From the NCBI GenBank assembly GCA_020184695.1, contig JAANOX010000006.1:42700-106699 (forward strand): DNA of 64,000 bases, given 5' to 3'. Within the stretch, counting starts at the first letter, position 1; each line of letters begins with the position of its first letter. This document shows positions 10,564-20,944 of the stretch, one piece after another. The notes under the pieces are model-generated. The model was given only the letters and a program-made list of their open reading frames with translations, did not search any database and was not told the origin of the DNA. The position numbers were made by a program, and so were the translations under genes. This DNA comes from Histomonas meleagridis 2922-C6/04-290x (lineage: Eukaryota; Protista; Parabasalia).

Positions 10564-12513
10564 ATGAATGGAAAATTTCAAGATTCTGGTGTAAGTCAAA
10601 TAGAAATATCAAGTATATCAACATCAGGATTTCTTGATTTTTCATCTCCAAGTAATTCAAAAAAGAATCTTAATACAGATACAAAAGATAACAAAAATCA
10701 AGAAAAGAGTACAATCTCATTTTCGAGTATTAAAAGCTCATTAATGAAATCTCCTAGCCAAAAATATAACACAGAAAATTTACTAGAATCTATATTATCT
10801 GATACAAATCAATCACCAAAAGGCACATCAATTTCCTCAATTCACAAAGACAATAAACCAACCAGCAAAGTATCGGATAGCATTGATGATATTCAATTTA
10901 GTGATGAGGATGAACTTGACAAAACCATACACATTTCTGCAGATGACAAAATTTCATCTATACTCCCTAAAAGCTTATCTGATTCCAAGAGCAAAAGTCA
11001 AGAAAAAGACTTTTCGACCACAGATTTGCTCAAAACAATTGAACCATATCATTCCACTAATTCCAATTTAAAGTTAATCGAGGTTGAACAACTTCTTAGC
11101 AAACTCAATCGTACCAAAGAGAGTAAAAGTATCATCAACACGAGTAGTTCATATTCCTCTGGCGAGTCGAAACAAGAAAACGAAGACTTTTCATTTGATT
11201 TTTTCTCTGCTTCTTCAGTAAAAAGTAATAGTAAATCATCATCAAAACAAACAGATTCGAGTAATGGATTCGTTAGCGATTTGAGTTCTGATAATAAAAC
11301 AAAATCTAACGAACTCCAAAAATCTATTTCCAAATCAAAAAATAGTTTTAATAAAGAAACGAAAGTCGAAAATAATAATTTTAAAGTTAATAGTATAAAC
11401 GGAGCAGAACAAAAAATTAATGATAATGAAAAAAGTATTAATCAAATATCAAATGATAATACAACAAAAAGTAATATAAAAGAAAGTGTAATCTTATTAA
11501 GTAATAATCAAAAAGAACAAAACACATCAATAAAAAGTGAAAATAGTATTAAAGAAAACACTGAAATTGAGCAAAATAATCTGAATAATCAAACAAATAA
11601 AAACATAGAAACAAATCAAAAAGATAATAATATAAAATCATCAAAAAGTAATATAAAAGAAAATACAGAAGCGGAACATAATAAATCACTAAAAACTAAC
11701 CAAAAAGGAAATGTTATTAAACAAACATCAAAAAGTAATATCAAAGAAAACATTGAGCCAAAGAAAACCATCAGAAATAACACTAATGAAACAACAAAAA
11801 GTAATGTTAAAGAGACAGAACATACTAAATCACCAAAAAATAGTCCAAGAGAATATGCTAACATAAAGACAGCATTAAAAGAAAGTAATGTTAAAGCAAT
11901 GCCACAACTCCAAACAAAAAACACTAAACAAAACAAAACAGACGAAAGTGAACTTCCTCATTTTCCGCACAAAACTATAGAAAACTTTGATTTTAGTGAT
12001 GAAGAATTCGAATTAGCTAATCACAAACGAAAAGTAAAGATTGAACAACTAATACAACAAAGCTATCCAACAAGATCTAATAATAAAAACATTAATAATA
12101 AAGAAAAGAACATTAAAATTCCTCATGGAAAGGGAACATTTAAAGAAAAAAGTTCAACAAAAAGAACAAAAAATATTTTCGATCCAACTGAAACTAAAGC
12201 TACAAAATTACGTAATCAAAGTATTAGGCAAAAAATGGCGTTGGAACATGAGCAAATAAGAATAAAAGAAGAAGAAGAAAGAGAACGAATCGAAAAAGAA
12301 AAAATTATCGGAAAAAAGTTAACAAAAGAAATAAAAGAACGTGAAAATGCAATTGCACCAAATACTACAAAAAAGAAGACAATGACAAATAAGAAAATAT
12401 ATAACACAGAGAAAATAGAAAAAGCAGAAGCGTTTTTGAGGAGAAATGATAGAGAACTTATTTATGCAGATATATCAAACATCGTAAACCGCAAGAAAAT
12501 GAATCAAAGATAA
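10564..12513 (+). CDS. Low-complexity Ser/Lys/Asn-rich protein with C-terminal coiled coil
   Basis: 649-aa ORF with a recurring (T/S)KSN(I/V)KE motif in the middle and a charged helical C-terminus. Confidence 0.7.
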   Translation: MNGKFQDSGVSQIEISSISTSGFLDFSSPSNSKKNLNTDTKDNKNQEKSTISFSSIKSSLMKSPSQKYNTENLLESILSDTNQSPKGTSISSIHKDNKPTSKVSDSIDDIQFSDEDELDKTIHISADDKISSILPKSLSDSKSKSQEKDFSTTDLLKTIEPYHSTNSNLKLIEVEQLLSKLNRTKESKSIINTSSSYSSGESKQENEDFSFDFFSASSVKSNSKSSSKQTDSSNGFVSDLSSDNKTKSNELQKSISKSKNSFNKETKVENNNFKVNSINGAEQKINDNEKSINQISNDNTTKSNIKESVILLSNNQKEQNTSIKSENSIKENTEIEQNNLNNQTNKNIETNQKDNNIKSSKSNIKENTEAEHNKSLKTNQKGNVIKQTSKSNIKENIEPKKTIRNNTNETTKSNVKETEHTKSPKNSPREYANIKTALKESNVKAMPQLQTKNTKQNKTDESELPHFPHKTIENFDFSDEEFELANHKRKVKIEQLIQQSYPTRSNNKNINNKEKNIKIPHGKGTFKEKSSTKRTKNIFDPTETKATKLRNQSIRQKMALEHEQIRIKEEEERERIEKEKIIGKKLTKEIKERENAIAPNTTKKKTMTNKKIYNTEKIEKAEAFLRRNDRELIYADISNIVNRKKMNQR

Positions 12514-12625
12514 CAAATTTTTGACACAAAGGAACTTAATGTATACTTATATTTATGTAAAAATAATTGTTTATACAATTTTGATTTTTTTTATTGTAAA
12601 ATTTTCCTTAAAAATAACACGCGTA

Positions 12626-12928
12626 TTAGTCGGATGAACCAGACGTATCAACTTCTGCAAGTAATTTCTGTATCATGTCCTGATCAATTGAAGAACTATC
12701 ACTTTGAGTATCTGCTAATTTTAAGTCTGATTGAGGATTCCTATTAGGTATATCCTCTATGTTGATTTCTATTTCGTTATTATCTTTTTTCTCGAGAGAA
12801 AATTCAGGTTCAAATATTTTTGGAGAATGAACATCATTTGTAGAAATGATTGGAGGGACATACACATCAACATCGTCTCTTTGATATTGATCTCTGTTCC
12901 TTGGTCCAGCAGAAAAACAACATCCCAT
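12626..12928 (-). CDS. Small acidic protein with N-terminal MGCC dual-acylation motif
   Basis: Starts MGCCFS, a typical myristoylation plus palmitoylation signal; 100 aa. Confidence 0.65.
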   Translation of the reverse strand: MGCCFSAGPRNRDQYQRDDVDVYVPPIISTNDVHSPKIFEPEFSLEKKDNNEIEINIEDIPNRNPQSDLKLADTQSDSSSIDQDMIQKLLAEVDTSGSSD

Positions 12929-12994
12929 TTGATTATACTTTTATTCAAAATAAACGGTCGCTGACCGAACCTTAAACGTTCTTTTAAAAACATT

Positions 12995-14449
12995 TTAATA
13001 TTCCTCGGAATAAACCATTTCATAAGGCCTTGGAAGCTCATCCCTTATTAATTTCTCTGCATCTGCTGCAAGCTCATCAATTTCTTCTGATCCCATTGTT
13101 TCTCTAATTTCTTCAAGAGCTTGGAAAAATCCATTTACATCCATTTTTGTAATCAAGTAATTACCATATGGACCTCCAGGTATTCCAACCAAAGAACAAA
13201 AACATTCTAACAATCTATCCATGATTTCATTAGCATTTCCTATAATAAGATCTACCAACATTTCAAAAAACTCAAAATCATCGAATTCCTTTCTATCTAT
13301 GATATCATCTATTACCAACGAAACCAAAACTGCTGTATGACATTTGAATGTGAAAGATTTATCTTTTGCCATTTGGATAACCATATTTAAAATATTAACA
13401 GGAATGTCGTGATATCTCTCAGCAACTTTTATAAGGAATTGTAATATGTTATTCAGGTATTCATCAGTGAAGTTTTGTTGGTTCCAAAGAACTTTTTCGA
13501 TTTCACTAAACATTTCAGGCGATACAAACAAAAACTGACACATTTCACTACGTTGAATTGGATTGAAATCGGTTTCAAAACCGAAACGATAGGAAAAGTC
13601 GAGCAGAAGAAGTGACATTATCAATGGGAAGATGCCTGATGATATTTCTTGGACATTAATTAAAGGATATATGTTCCCAATTCCATGTTTTTCAATAACA
13701 AGCATAATTTGGTTAAGAACAAGTGTATTTTTTTCATCACATAAAAAATTTATAATTTGTGAAATAGAAATGGCAGAGGGTATAACTGTGTCTGGATCTG
13801 TGTTTTGAAGAGTGATAAATAGTGCTTTATCTACTAAAAATGGATATTGGTCTAATGGAATTTCTAAAGGAAATTCGGCAATAGAGTGTAAGAGATGAGT
13901 TAGAACAAAAGGATACTCTACTCTATCTGTGAGACGAATCCAATAACTCATATTTATCATTTTAAAAAATGATTCAAATTGCACTAAATCACTGATAAGA
14001 TATTGTGAACTGAACTTAATGCCGCCCTCAGCATTTTCAAGAATTGAAATTATTTTTTCTATAAAATTATTATTACAATAATCAGTTAAAGAGGTTAAAG
14101 GTAAAATTGCAGCTATATCTGAAAGACAACGAAGAATGCCCCCGATGAGATCGATATCATCAGTGTTAATTAAAATATTGATCAATTTTTGGTTGACAAT
14201 AAATAAGAAATGTTGATCTAAACAAGATTCATCATTTTGTAAATAATTACTAATAATACCAAGGATTTCTAACATGATATTTTTTTGTTCTTCCAAAGTA
14301 TTTGGAAATTTTTCAAAAAGAGATAATTGTTCATAAATTTTTGCATCATTTTCAAGCTTGAAAATATTTTCATTATCCTCATTTAAAGCATTACTAAATC
14401 CTTCAAATCTTTTTCTTCTGCTGGTCTTGTTGGACTTGAAGTGAATCAT
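12995..14449 (-). CDS. ARM/HEAT-repeat hypothetical protein
   Basis: Long helical-repeat ORF. The ATG at 14449 is directly preceded by the Inr TCACTT on the minus strand. Confidence 0.7.
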   Translation of the reverse strand: MIHFKSNKTSRRKRFEGFSNALNEDNENIFKLENDAKIYEQLSLFEKFPNTLEEQKNIMLEILGIISNYLQNDESCLDQHFLFIVNQKLINILINTDDIDLIGGILRCLSDIAAILPLTSLTDYCNNNFIEKIISILENAEGGIKFSSQYLISDLVQFESFFKMINMSYWIRLTDRVEYPFVLTHLLHSIAEFPLEIPLDQYPFLVDKALFITLQNTDPDTVIPSAISISQIINFLCDEKNTLVLNQIMLVIEKHGIGNIYPLINVQEISSGIFPLIMSLLLLDFSYRFGFETDFNPIQRSEMCQFLFVSPEMFSEIEKVLWNQQNFTDEYLNNILQFLIKVAERYHDIPVNILNMVIQMAKDKSFTFKCHTAVLVSLVIDDIIDRKEFDDFEFFEMLVDLIIGNANEIMDRLLECFCSLVGIPGGPYGNYLITKMDVNGFFQALEEIRETMGSEEIDELAADAEKLIRDELPRPYEMVYSEEY

Positions 14450-14497
14450 TAAGTGATGTATCAAACATTTATCAAAAAGTGAAAATGAACGTTTATT

Positions 14498-15127
14498 TCA
14501 TGGTTGCTTGAAATCCACCAGTGCCTTTGGTGATTGCCTTTGAACACGTTTGTAAAAATCATTGTACTCAATCTGAATAGCCTTTAACTTTTGTGCTAAT
14601 TGATTATATCTATATTGTGCAACTTTTTCAATTCGATCTGGTGTACATTCTGATAAAACAATTTTGAAGAGTTCGACTGTACAAAACTCAAGACGTTGTG
14701 AAATCTTAAGGAAGAACTTCCTCTCGTTGCTATCATATGTTTCTTCTTCATCTTCGTTATCATCAATATTTGTTAATGATATCTTGTATTGACTAATGGC
14801 AGCCGATTTAGAATCAATGTTAATCTTGTTAAGTAGTTGACGTATTACATTTGGAAAGTCCATAAAATCAATCTCTAAATCTTGTTTTTCTTTCATTTTT
14901 TGAAAGTCTTCTTCGAAATAACTCGATTCGAAAAGAAAATCTAGTTGTGTTTCATCATATAATTGGAAACGAACAGATTCAAGAGATTCATCATTTTGTT
15001 TAATTAATATTTGCAAAATTTCTTCTTTAAAAATCTTTTCTTGCGTTTCATCGTTCATTATCTTTACTGTTAATGTTGTTTCGAAGATTGGTGAATATCC
15101 TTCGTTGATTTGGTTGGTTGTTGACAT
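14498..15127 (-). CDS. SAS-6 head-domain protein, short SAS6-like type
   Basis: RFQLYDETQLDFLFESSYFEEDFQKMKEKQDLEIDFMDFPNVIRQLL and QYRYNQLAQKL match the SAS-6 N-terminal/PISA pattern. There is only a short coiled coil. Confidence 0.7.
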   Translation of the reverse strand: MSTTNQINEGYSPIFETTLTVKIMNDETQEKIFKEEILQILIKQNDESLESVRFQLYDETQLDFLFESSYFEEDFQKMKEKQDLEIDFMDFPNVIRQLLNKINIDSKSAAISQYKISLTNIDDNEDEEETYDSNERKFFLKISQRLEFCTVELFKIVLSECTPDRIEKVAQYRYNQLAQKLKAIQIEYNDFYKRVQRQSPKALVDFKQP

Positions 15128-15287
15128 TTTTGTCAAAACCGCCAAATATGTTAACGGTATTTCTTGCAAAGAAGCAGAAAAAAATTTAACGAATACATAT
15201 GTTTATAAATTAAATTACTTATTTTAATCGCACTGAAAAATGGGATATATTATTCATGTTATTTTATTAAACAATATTCTCATTAAT

Positions 15288-15659
15288 TTATTTGGGTCTT
15301 TTAACCTTTGGTGAAAGTTTTGGAGGTGGACGTTTCGTTTCTCTTTTATCTAATTTGGTGGGTTTTATGTCAAAAGGTGTTTCATCTGGTTTCAATGTAG
15401 CTTGAAGTGTATATGTAAAATGTTTTCCTTCTTCTTTTGCTGAAACTAAATAGTATGTTTCACCTGAAGACAAGTAAGAAGTTGCATAAGATGTAAGATT
15501 TTGTCTCAACAATTTCACACTTCCATCTTTATCACAAAAATCCAAAATCAAAGAAGAATCTAGGTTTGCGCATTTCCGAATATATTCTATAGCGACTCCA
15601 CATTTTACATTCATATTGATTGGCTTTTTTTGATCTGCGAATCTTATGTACGCAAGCAT
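15288..15659 (-). CDS. Small conserved protein, C22orf15/CXorf65-like ubiquitin-like fold
   Basis: YIRFAD...IEYIRKC...ILDFCDKDGSVKLL...YATSYLSSGETYYLV pattern (recalled similarity) and a basic C-tail. Confidence 0.5.
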   Translation of the reverse strand: MLAYIRFADQKKPINMNVKCGVAIEYIRKCANLDSSLILDFCDKDGSVKLLRQNLTSYATSYLSSGETYYLVSAKEEGKHFTYTLQATLKPDETPFDIKPTKLDKRETKRPPPKLSPKVKRPK

Positions 15660-15798
15660 CTGTTTTGATTTTAACGTATTTCGTTAACGGTCTCTATTCC
15701 TTTTGATGAAATTTTCTTTCACAAAAATAATATTTCAAGAAATGCTAAACATTTTTTTCATATATTATTTCTATAAATGTTTATTTATAAATTTATAT

Positions 15799-17034
15799 TT
15801 ATTCCGCATGTATATTCTTATTTTTTATCATTTGCTTTAATATATGCTTATGTTTTTTCAACACAGCAATGAAATGTAAATCTTCTTTATTCTTATTAAT
15901 TAGATATTTTACCATTTTTAACATCTTTTTTAGAACTATTGGATTATTTTCATTTATAGCCTTATCTGGAGGTGTTGATAAGAATCCATCTCTTAATGTG
16001 CTTCTGAACACGACTTTTTTTCTCCAAGAAATGAAAGTTTTTGTTTTCATAAAATCGAGAATTTCTTCGAATTTTAATTTTTTTGATTCTTTCTTTTTTG
16101 GTTGTAAGTTATATAAATCAACAACACTAAATTCCTTAAGTAATAAACTAAAATATGGATCTGTTTCAAGTTTCCTATCTATAATATCTAATACTTTACC
16201 TAAAAGACGCGTTTCTCTTTTTTCGATTTTATTACGTATTTCATTACTAGAGTTTTTATTCGGATTTTGTACACGTTCTGGAAGAATAATAGTGACTTCA
16301 AACTGATTGCAACGTTCTAGAGCAAGAATATTCGTGGTCCCTACAACTTTATACTTACGTGAACCTTCAATAACTTCGGCAAAACGTGGATCTCCAAGTC
16401 TTGTATAAATCAGATAATCTTCAACGTATCGAACAGGTGAAGCAAGTGAAAGTATGGAAAAAATAGCATTAGAAACATGATATGCGTTGGATCCATAGAC
16501 AAGAATACCTTTATTAGATAATAAAGCATGCCAGATTTGTTGAAGATCCGCATTGGGACCAAGCCATTTTATAGGATTGAAAGACTTATAAAGGACGTTG
16601 TTTGAGGCACTTAAAGAAAGTTTAAGAGTTTCATTTGGCATTTGAATTGAAAAAATTTGATTATCAAAATCCCATTTTGATAACATTTCACAAACTTGTG
16701 TATATAAAATTTCTGGTGAGCTAATAGGTAACTTAGAAACTGCTTGCAAAAACTTTAAAAATTGAGCTGTTAAGAAATATGGTGAACAAAATGTTATTGA
16801 ACATAGTTCATTGTTATGAAAAAATGAGTACGCATAACATGATTTAAGTCCGATGTTAAAGGAGTGTATACATTTTCTGATGGTTGAATTTGGATTTTCT
16901 GGAAAAGCACACGCAATGAAATATTGCTCTTGATTATCAAAACCATAGCCTCCCGTGTATTTTTTAACTATATGAGATCCTTTTTCACGATCAAATTTTA
17001 ATAAACAGATTTCATCAAATAATTTTTGTTGCAT
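15799..17034 (-). CDS. DENN-domain protein (DENND6/AVL9-like Rab GEF)
   Basis: uDENN start (ICLLKFDREKGS...AFPE), WHALLSNKGILVYG, and a VVGTTN motif. Confidence 0.7.
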   Translation of the reverse strand: MQQKLFDEICLLKFDREKGSHIVKKYTGGYGFDNQEQYFIACAFPENPNSTIRKCIHSFNIGLKSCYAYSFFHNNELCSITFCSPYFLTAQFLKFLQAVSKLPISSPEILYTQVCEMLSKWDFDNQIFSIQMPNETLKLSLSASNNVLYKSFNPIKWLGPNADLQQIWHALLSNKGILVYGSNAYHVSNAIFSILSLASPVRYVEDYLIYTRLGDPRFAEVIEGSRKYKVVGTTNILALERCNQFEVTIILPERVQNPNKNSSNEIRNKIEKRETRLLGKVLDIIDRKLETDPYFSLLLKEFSVVDLYNLQPKKKESKKLKFEEILDFMKTKTFISWRKKVVFRSTLRDGFLSTPPDKAINENNPIVLKKMLKMVKYLINKNKEDLHFIAVLKKHKHILKQMIKNKNIHAE

Positions 17035-17055
17035 TAGGTTTGTAGGACGTTAAGA

Positions 17056-17061
17056 TCATTT
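17056..17061 (+). promoter_or_regulatory. Inr TCATTT in a 33-bp divergent intergenic gap
   Basis: It starts 12 nt upstream of the nitroreductase ATG (17068). The DENN gene ATG is at 17034 on the opposite strand. Confidence 0.55.
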
Positions 17062-17067
17062 AAAAAA

Positions 17068-17961
17068 ATGAATGTTCTTATGCCAGGTTATTTCCGTAAC
17101 TTAGATCCCAACCACTTTTCATGTTTTTCTCTTATAAAAAATACGTTTCAGCGTGTTCTAGGAATTCCAACAGAAGATATCAATTTAATTTTATACATTA
17201 TGCTTAAAGATGAAACTGAAAGTTATGCTGTTCATGAAATGTTATCACAGATATCAATTATTCATAGTGCGCATATTGCCACAAACAAAAAATCACTTTC
17301 TGATCTTGCATCAGAGCTATCTATTAATTGTATTATAACATTTAATCCGAATCTATACCCAATTTCTATAAATTGGCCTACAATAACCAAACTTAGTACT
17401 AGTGTCGATAATTTTATTTTCCAATTAAATTCAAAACATCCCGATCAAGTTGCTGCTGAATCATTATTCCAACGTCGTTTTTCCCCAAATGAATATTTAC
17501 CGGAACCAGTTCCACTTTCCATCATTAAATCTGCATTGGAGACTGCCAAACGTTCTCCATCTGCAGGTAATCTTCAGTCATATTCCATCAAAGTTATTAC
17601 TCAAAAAGACTTAATTGCAAAAGTAGCTAAAGCGTGTTTTCAAGAAAAAGTTAAAGCTGGTTCAGGGGTAATCATATTTATAATCGAACATGAAATTTCA
17701 GCTAGAAAATATGGTAAAAAAGGAAAAAATTTCTTTTCAATTCAAGATACAACAATCGCATGTGCACATACACAACTTGTGTTAGAATCATATGGAATAC
17801 AGTCAAGATGGATTGGTGCATTCCATAGAGAAGAATTCGAAGAATTATTAAGCTTAAGTGAAACACAAAGTGTTGGCGCCGTATTAATTTATGGATATGG
17901 ATTACCAAGAAATAGATCTAAGAGAAGAGATATATCGGAATTCGTTGAGTTTATTGAGTAG
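17068..17961 (+). CDS. Nitroreductase family protein with ~130-aa N-terminal extension
   Basis: FQRRFSPNEY, RSPSAGNLQSY, QDTTIACAHTQLVLESYGIQSRWIGAF and GAVLIYGY are nitroreductase FMN-binding motifs. Confidence 0.85.
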   Translation: MNVLMPGYFRNLDPNHFSCFSLIKNTFQRVLGIPTEDINLILYIMLKDETESYAVHEMLSQISIIHSAHIATNKKSLSDLASELSINCIITFNPNLYPISINWPTITKLSTSVDNFIFQLNSKHPDQVAAESLFQRRFSPNEYLPEPVPLSIIKSALETAKRSPSAGNLQSYSIKVITQKDLIAKVAKACFQEKVKAGSGVIIFIIEHEISARKYGKKGKNFFSIQDTTIACAHTQLVLESYGIQSRWIGAFHREEFEELLSLSETQSVGAVLIYGYGLPRNRSKRRDISEFVEFIE

Positions 17962-18282
17962 CGTAATTTATTTGATTTCAAAATAAAATCATTAAAAAAA
18001 ATGTTTTTGTAATCCATCTTATATAAATTAGTGAATTTACTGTGTTTATGTATTGAATTAATGTAAAACTCAATTGAAGAACTTATTAATGAAAATTTAT
18101 AAATAAAATATTGGATTTGTTGTGTCTTAAATGGAAATTGTTTTTGATTTTATCTCTTAATTTGTATATCAAAAGTATGAATAAAATTAATTTTATTTAT
18201 TTGATTTAAAGGAAAGACAAAAAATTCTAATGCAATTCAAATGTTTTAGAGAACAGATTCATAGATGAATAAAAATTTCAAA

Positions 18283-20203
18283 TTATATGTGAAAATTAAA
18301 ATTATCTTCATTGAAATCTTTCACAAATGGATCTTCTTCAATATTATTCCTTGAATATTCAATAGTAAAATCATTCATTTCTTTCAAATTTTCTACGTCA
18401 TATTCAGTTTCTTCTTCATCTTTATTTCCTTGTTTTCGATTACGAATTAATAATATAATAAGCAATACAATAACAAGAATAATTATTATTATTCCTATCA
18501 ATACTCCAATAATAATATAATTATATGTTTGATCATCATTTTGATTTTCATTATTTTCATTAATAATATAAAAATTAGAATAAAATGTGAAATATTGTGA
18601 ATAAATAATAACTGTATAATCATAATATATAAATGTTCTTGAAATATATATAAATGTTGAATTGATATTCGTAATAATAAATGAATTAAAATATGAAATA
18701 TAAATACTTAATGTTTGTGTAAATAATAAAATATTTGTTAAAATAAATGAATGTGTGAAACTTATATATGATGAAAATGTATTTGAATTAATAAATGTAT
18801 TTGTGAATGTACTTGATTGTGTAAATGTATTTGATTTAGTAAATGTATCTGAATTCGAAAATGTACTTGAATTATTTAATGTATCTGATTGTGTAAATGT
18901 ATTTGATTTAGTAAATGTATCTGAATTCGAAAATGTACTTGATTTCGAAAATGTTTTTGATTTCGAAAATACATTTGATTTAGTAAATGTATTTGATTGT
19001 GTAAATGAATTTGATTTCGAAAATGTATTTGATTTAGTAAATGTATTTGATTTAGTAAATGTATTTGATTGTGTAAATGAATTTGATTTCGAAAATGTAT
19101 TTGATTTAGTAAATGTATTTGATAGTGTATATGTAAGTGTTGGAAGAATGCATTCGTCAATTGTTCCTTTCGTTATCTTTAATTATCCAAATCGCTCACT
19201 TATATATGTTTCATTGACCATAACATATTCTGTTGGAACATCTTGAAAACAATCACTTCCAATTGCTGGTGAAGTTTCGCCATAAAAATAAATACATTTC
19301 AGTGATGTACAATACGCAAATGCTTGATTTCCAATATTTTCAACACTTTCACCAATGATAATCGTTTCTAATTCATTACAGAATGAAAAAACACTTGATT
19401 GAATATCTATAACAGTATTTGGAATTATGAAATTCGTAAATACACAACTTGAGAATGCAGAACTTTTTATCGTATTTAAACTTTTCCCAATTGAAATTGT
19501 TATTAAATTTGTGCAGAAATTAAATGCATTTGATTCAATTGAAGTGACTGAATCTGGAATGCTGAATGTTTCCCTAGGATTTCCAATAGGATGGATAAAT
19601 AATGAGTCTCGTAATCAATTTATCATATAAAACTCCATCGTTTTCATAATTACTATAATATGAATTATCTTCTGCAATTTTGATGTTTTGAAGACTATTA
19701 CAGTAAATAAATGGATTTGTTGATATTGAAGATATTGTACTTGGAATTGTAACTTCTTTAAGATTAATACAGTTTTGAAACATAAGAGATCCAATTGTTT
19801 GAACATCTTCACCAAAAATTACACTTTCAAGATTTTCGCATTCATTAAATACATTTCCACCAACTGTTGTAAGAGGACTTTTAATTGTTACATATTTTAA
19901 TGCAGTTTTTTGAAATGCACTTTGTCCAATACTTGTTATACCTACTCCAAATGAAACTTCTTCTAAATTAGAACACATACAAAATGCATAAAATCCAATT
20001 GAAGTGACTGAGTCAGCAATCTCTGCTGTAAGCAATGATGTCCATCCATAAAAAGCAGAACCTGGAATTTCTGTTATACCACTTGAAATGATAACATATT
20101 TTGTATTGCTTTGATAATCATTTGTGAATTCATTTGGATCCGTTATAGTTAATGTTGATGTATCTGAATTAAAAAGTTGTATCGAATGAGAAATAAAAAC
20201 CAT
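18283..20203 (-). pseudogene. Disrupted BspA-like surface protein (LRR + S/T stalk + TM + acidic DPF tail)
   Basis: The LRRs read continuously except for a 4-nt duplication (TAT CCAT CCT ATT, about 19590) and an in-frame TAA (about 19180). They are followed by an SNTFTK-type stalk, a TM (IIIGVLIGIIIIILVIVLLIILLI) and an EEDPFVKDFNED tail. Confidence 0.85.
18775..19125 (-). repeat. 18-bp tandem repeat encoding a Ser/Thr-rich mucin-like stalk (SNTFTK/SNTFSK/SNSFTQ)
   Basis: About 19 units of TCAAATACATTTACTAAA-like sequence on the minus strand, in frame with the BspA TM segment. Confidence 0.9.
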
Positions 20204-20944
20204 AAACAATATGAAAACAAATTTGATGTTTGCTTTACTTTTGGTTCGATGATTTAATGTAAATTTTATTAATAAATTTAGGATTTTAATAAATATTAAA
20301 AAAAGTAATGAAATTAAAGAAAAACAAAAACTTAAATCGGTTTGGAAAGAACCAGATAGAATAAGCAATTGTAACAATAGAGGAAATAAATATTTGTTCA
20401 TTCGGACTTGATAGATTAACAATTTTTGTGAAATAAAACTTCGAAAATATTGAAAATTAGATAAATTCTGATAAAGAAATGTGTCATTAATGTTTAATAT
20501 TGGATAAGTAAAAGTAAAGTCCTTATCCTTCAGATTGGAATTTTTTATGTTATTATCAAACAAATTAAGATGATTCATATTAAAGACATTTCAAGACTTA
20601 CGAATATGGTTGGCGTTTTTGTTCATGTAATGATGAAAACTTTCGATAAAAATAATGGAACAAGCTTTTCAGACTTCGAAAGAAACGTTTCAACCCAATT
20701 CAATTTTGAGGTTTGTGAGATAATCAATTTTTCTGGGCACTGGGGTTTGATCACCATCATATCGTTGAAATAGGTACAGAACTGACAGATTGAATACTTA
20801 TCGTTAATTATATTGTGTCGAAATAGATCGTTTTTTGTTATAGATATCCATCAGTATTTGTAGTTTGAAGCTTTTATTCACAATTGTTTTTGATTATTTT
20901 ATATTTTTTTTTTAAAAAACAAATTAAACAGAAATTATATTTTA

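Noticed and set aside
18755-19246. Plus-strand 163-aa ORF (ENVFD repeats) and the 18876-19160 ORF
   Set aside because: These are shadow frames of the 18-bp stalk repeat of the minus-strand BspA pseudogene.
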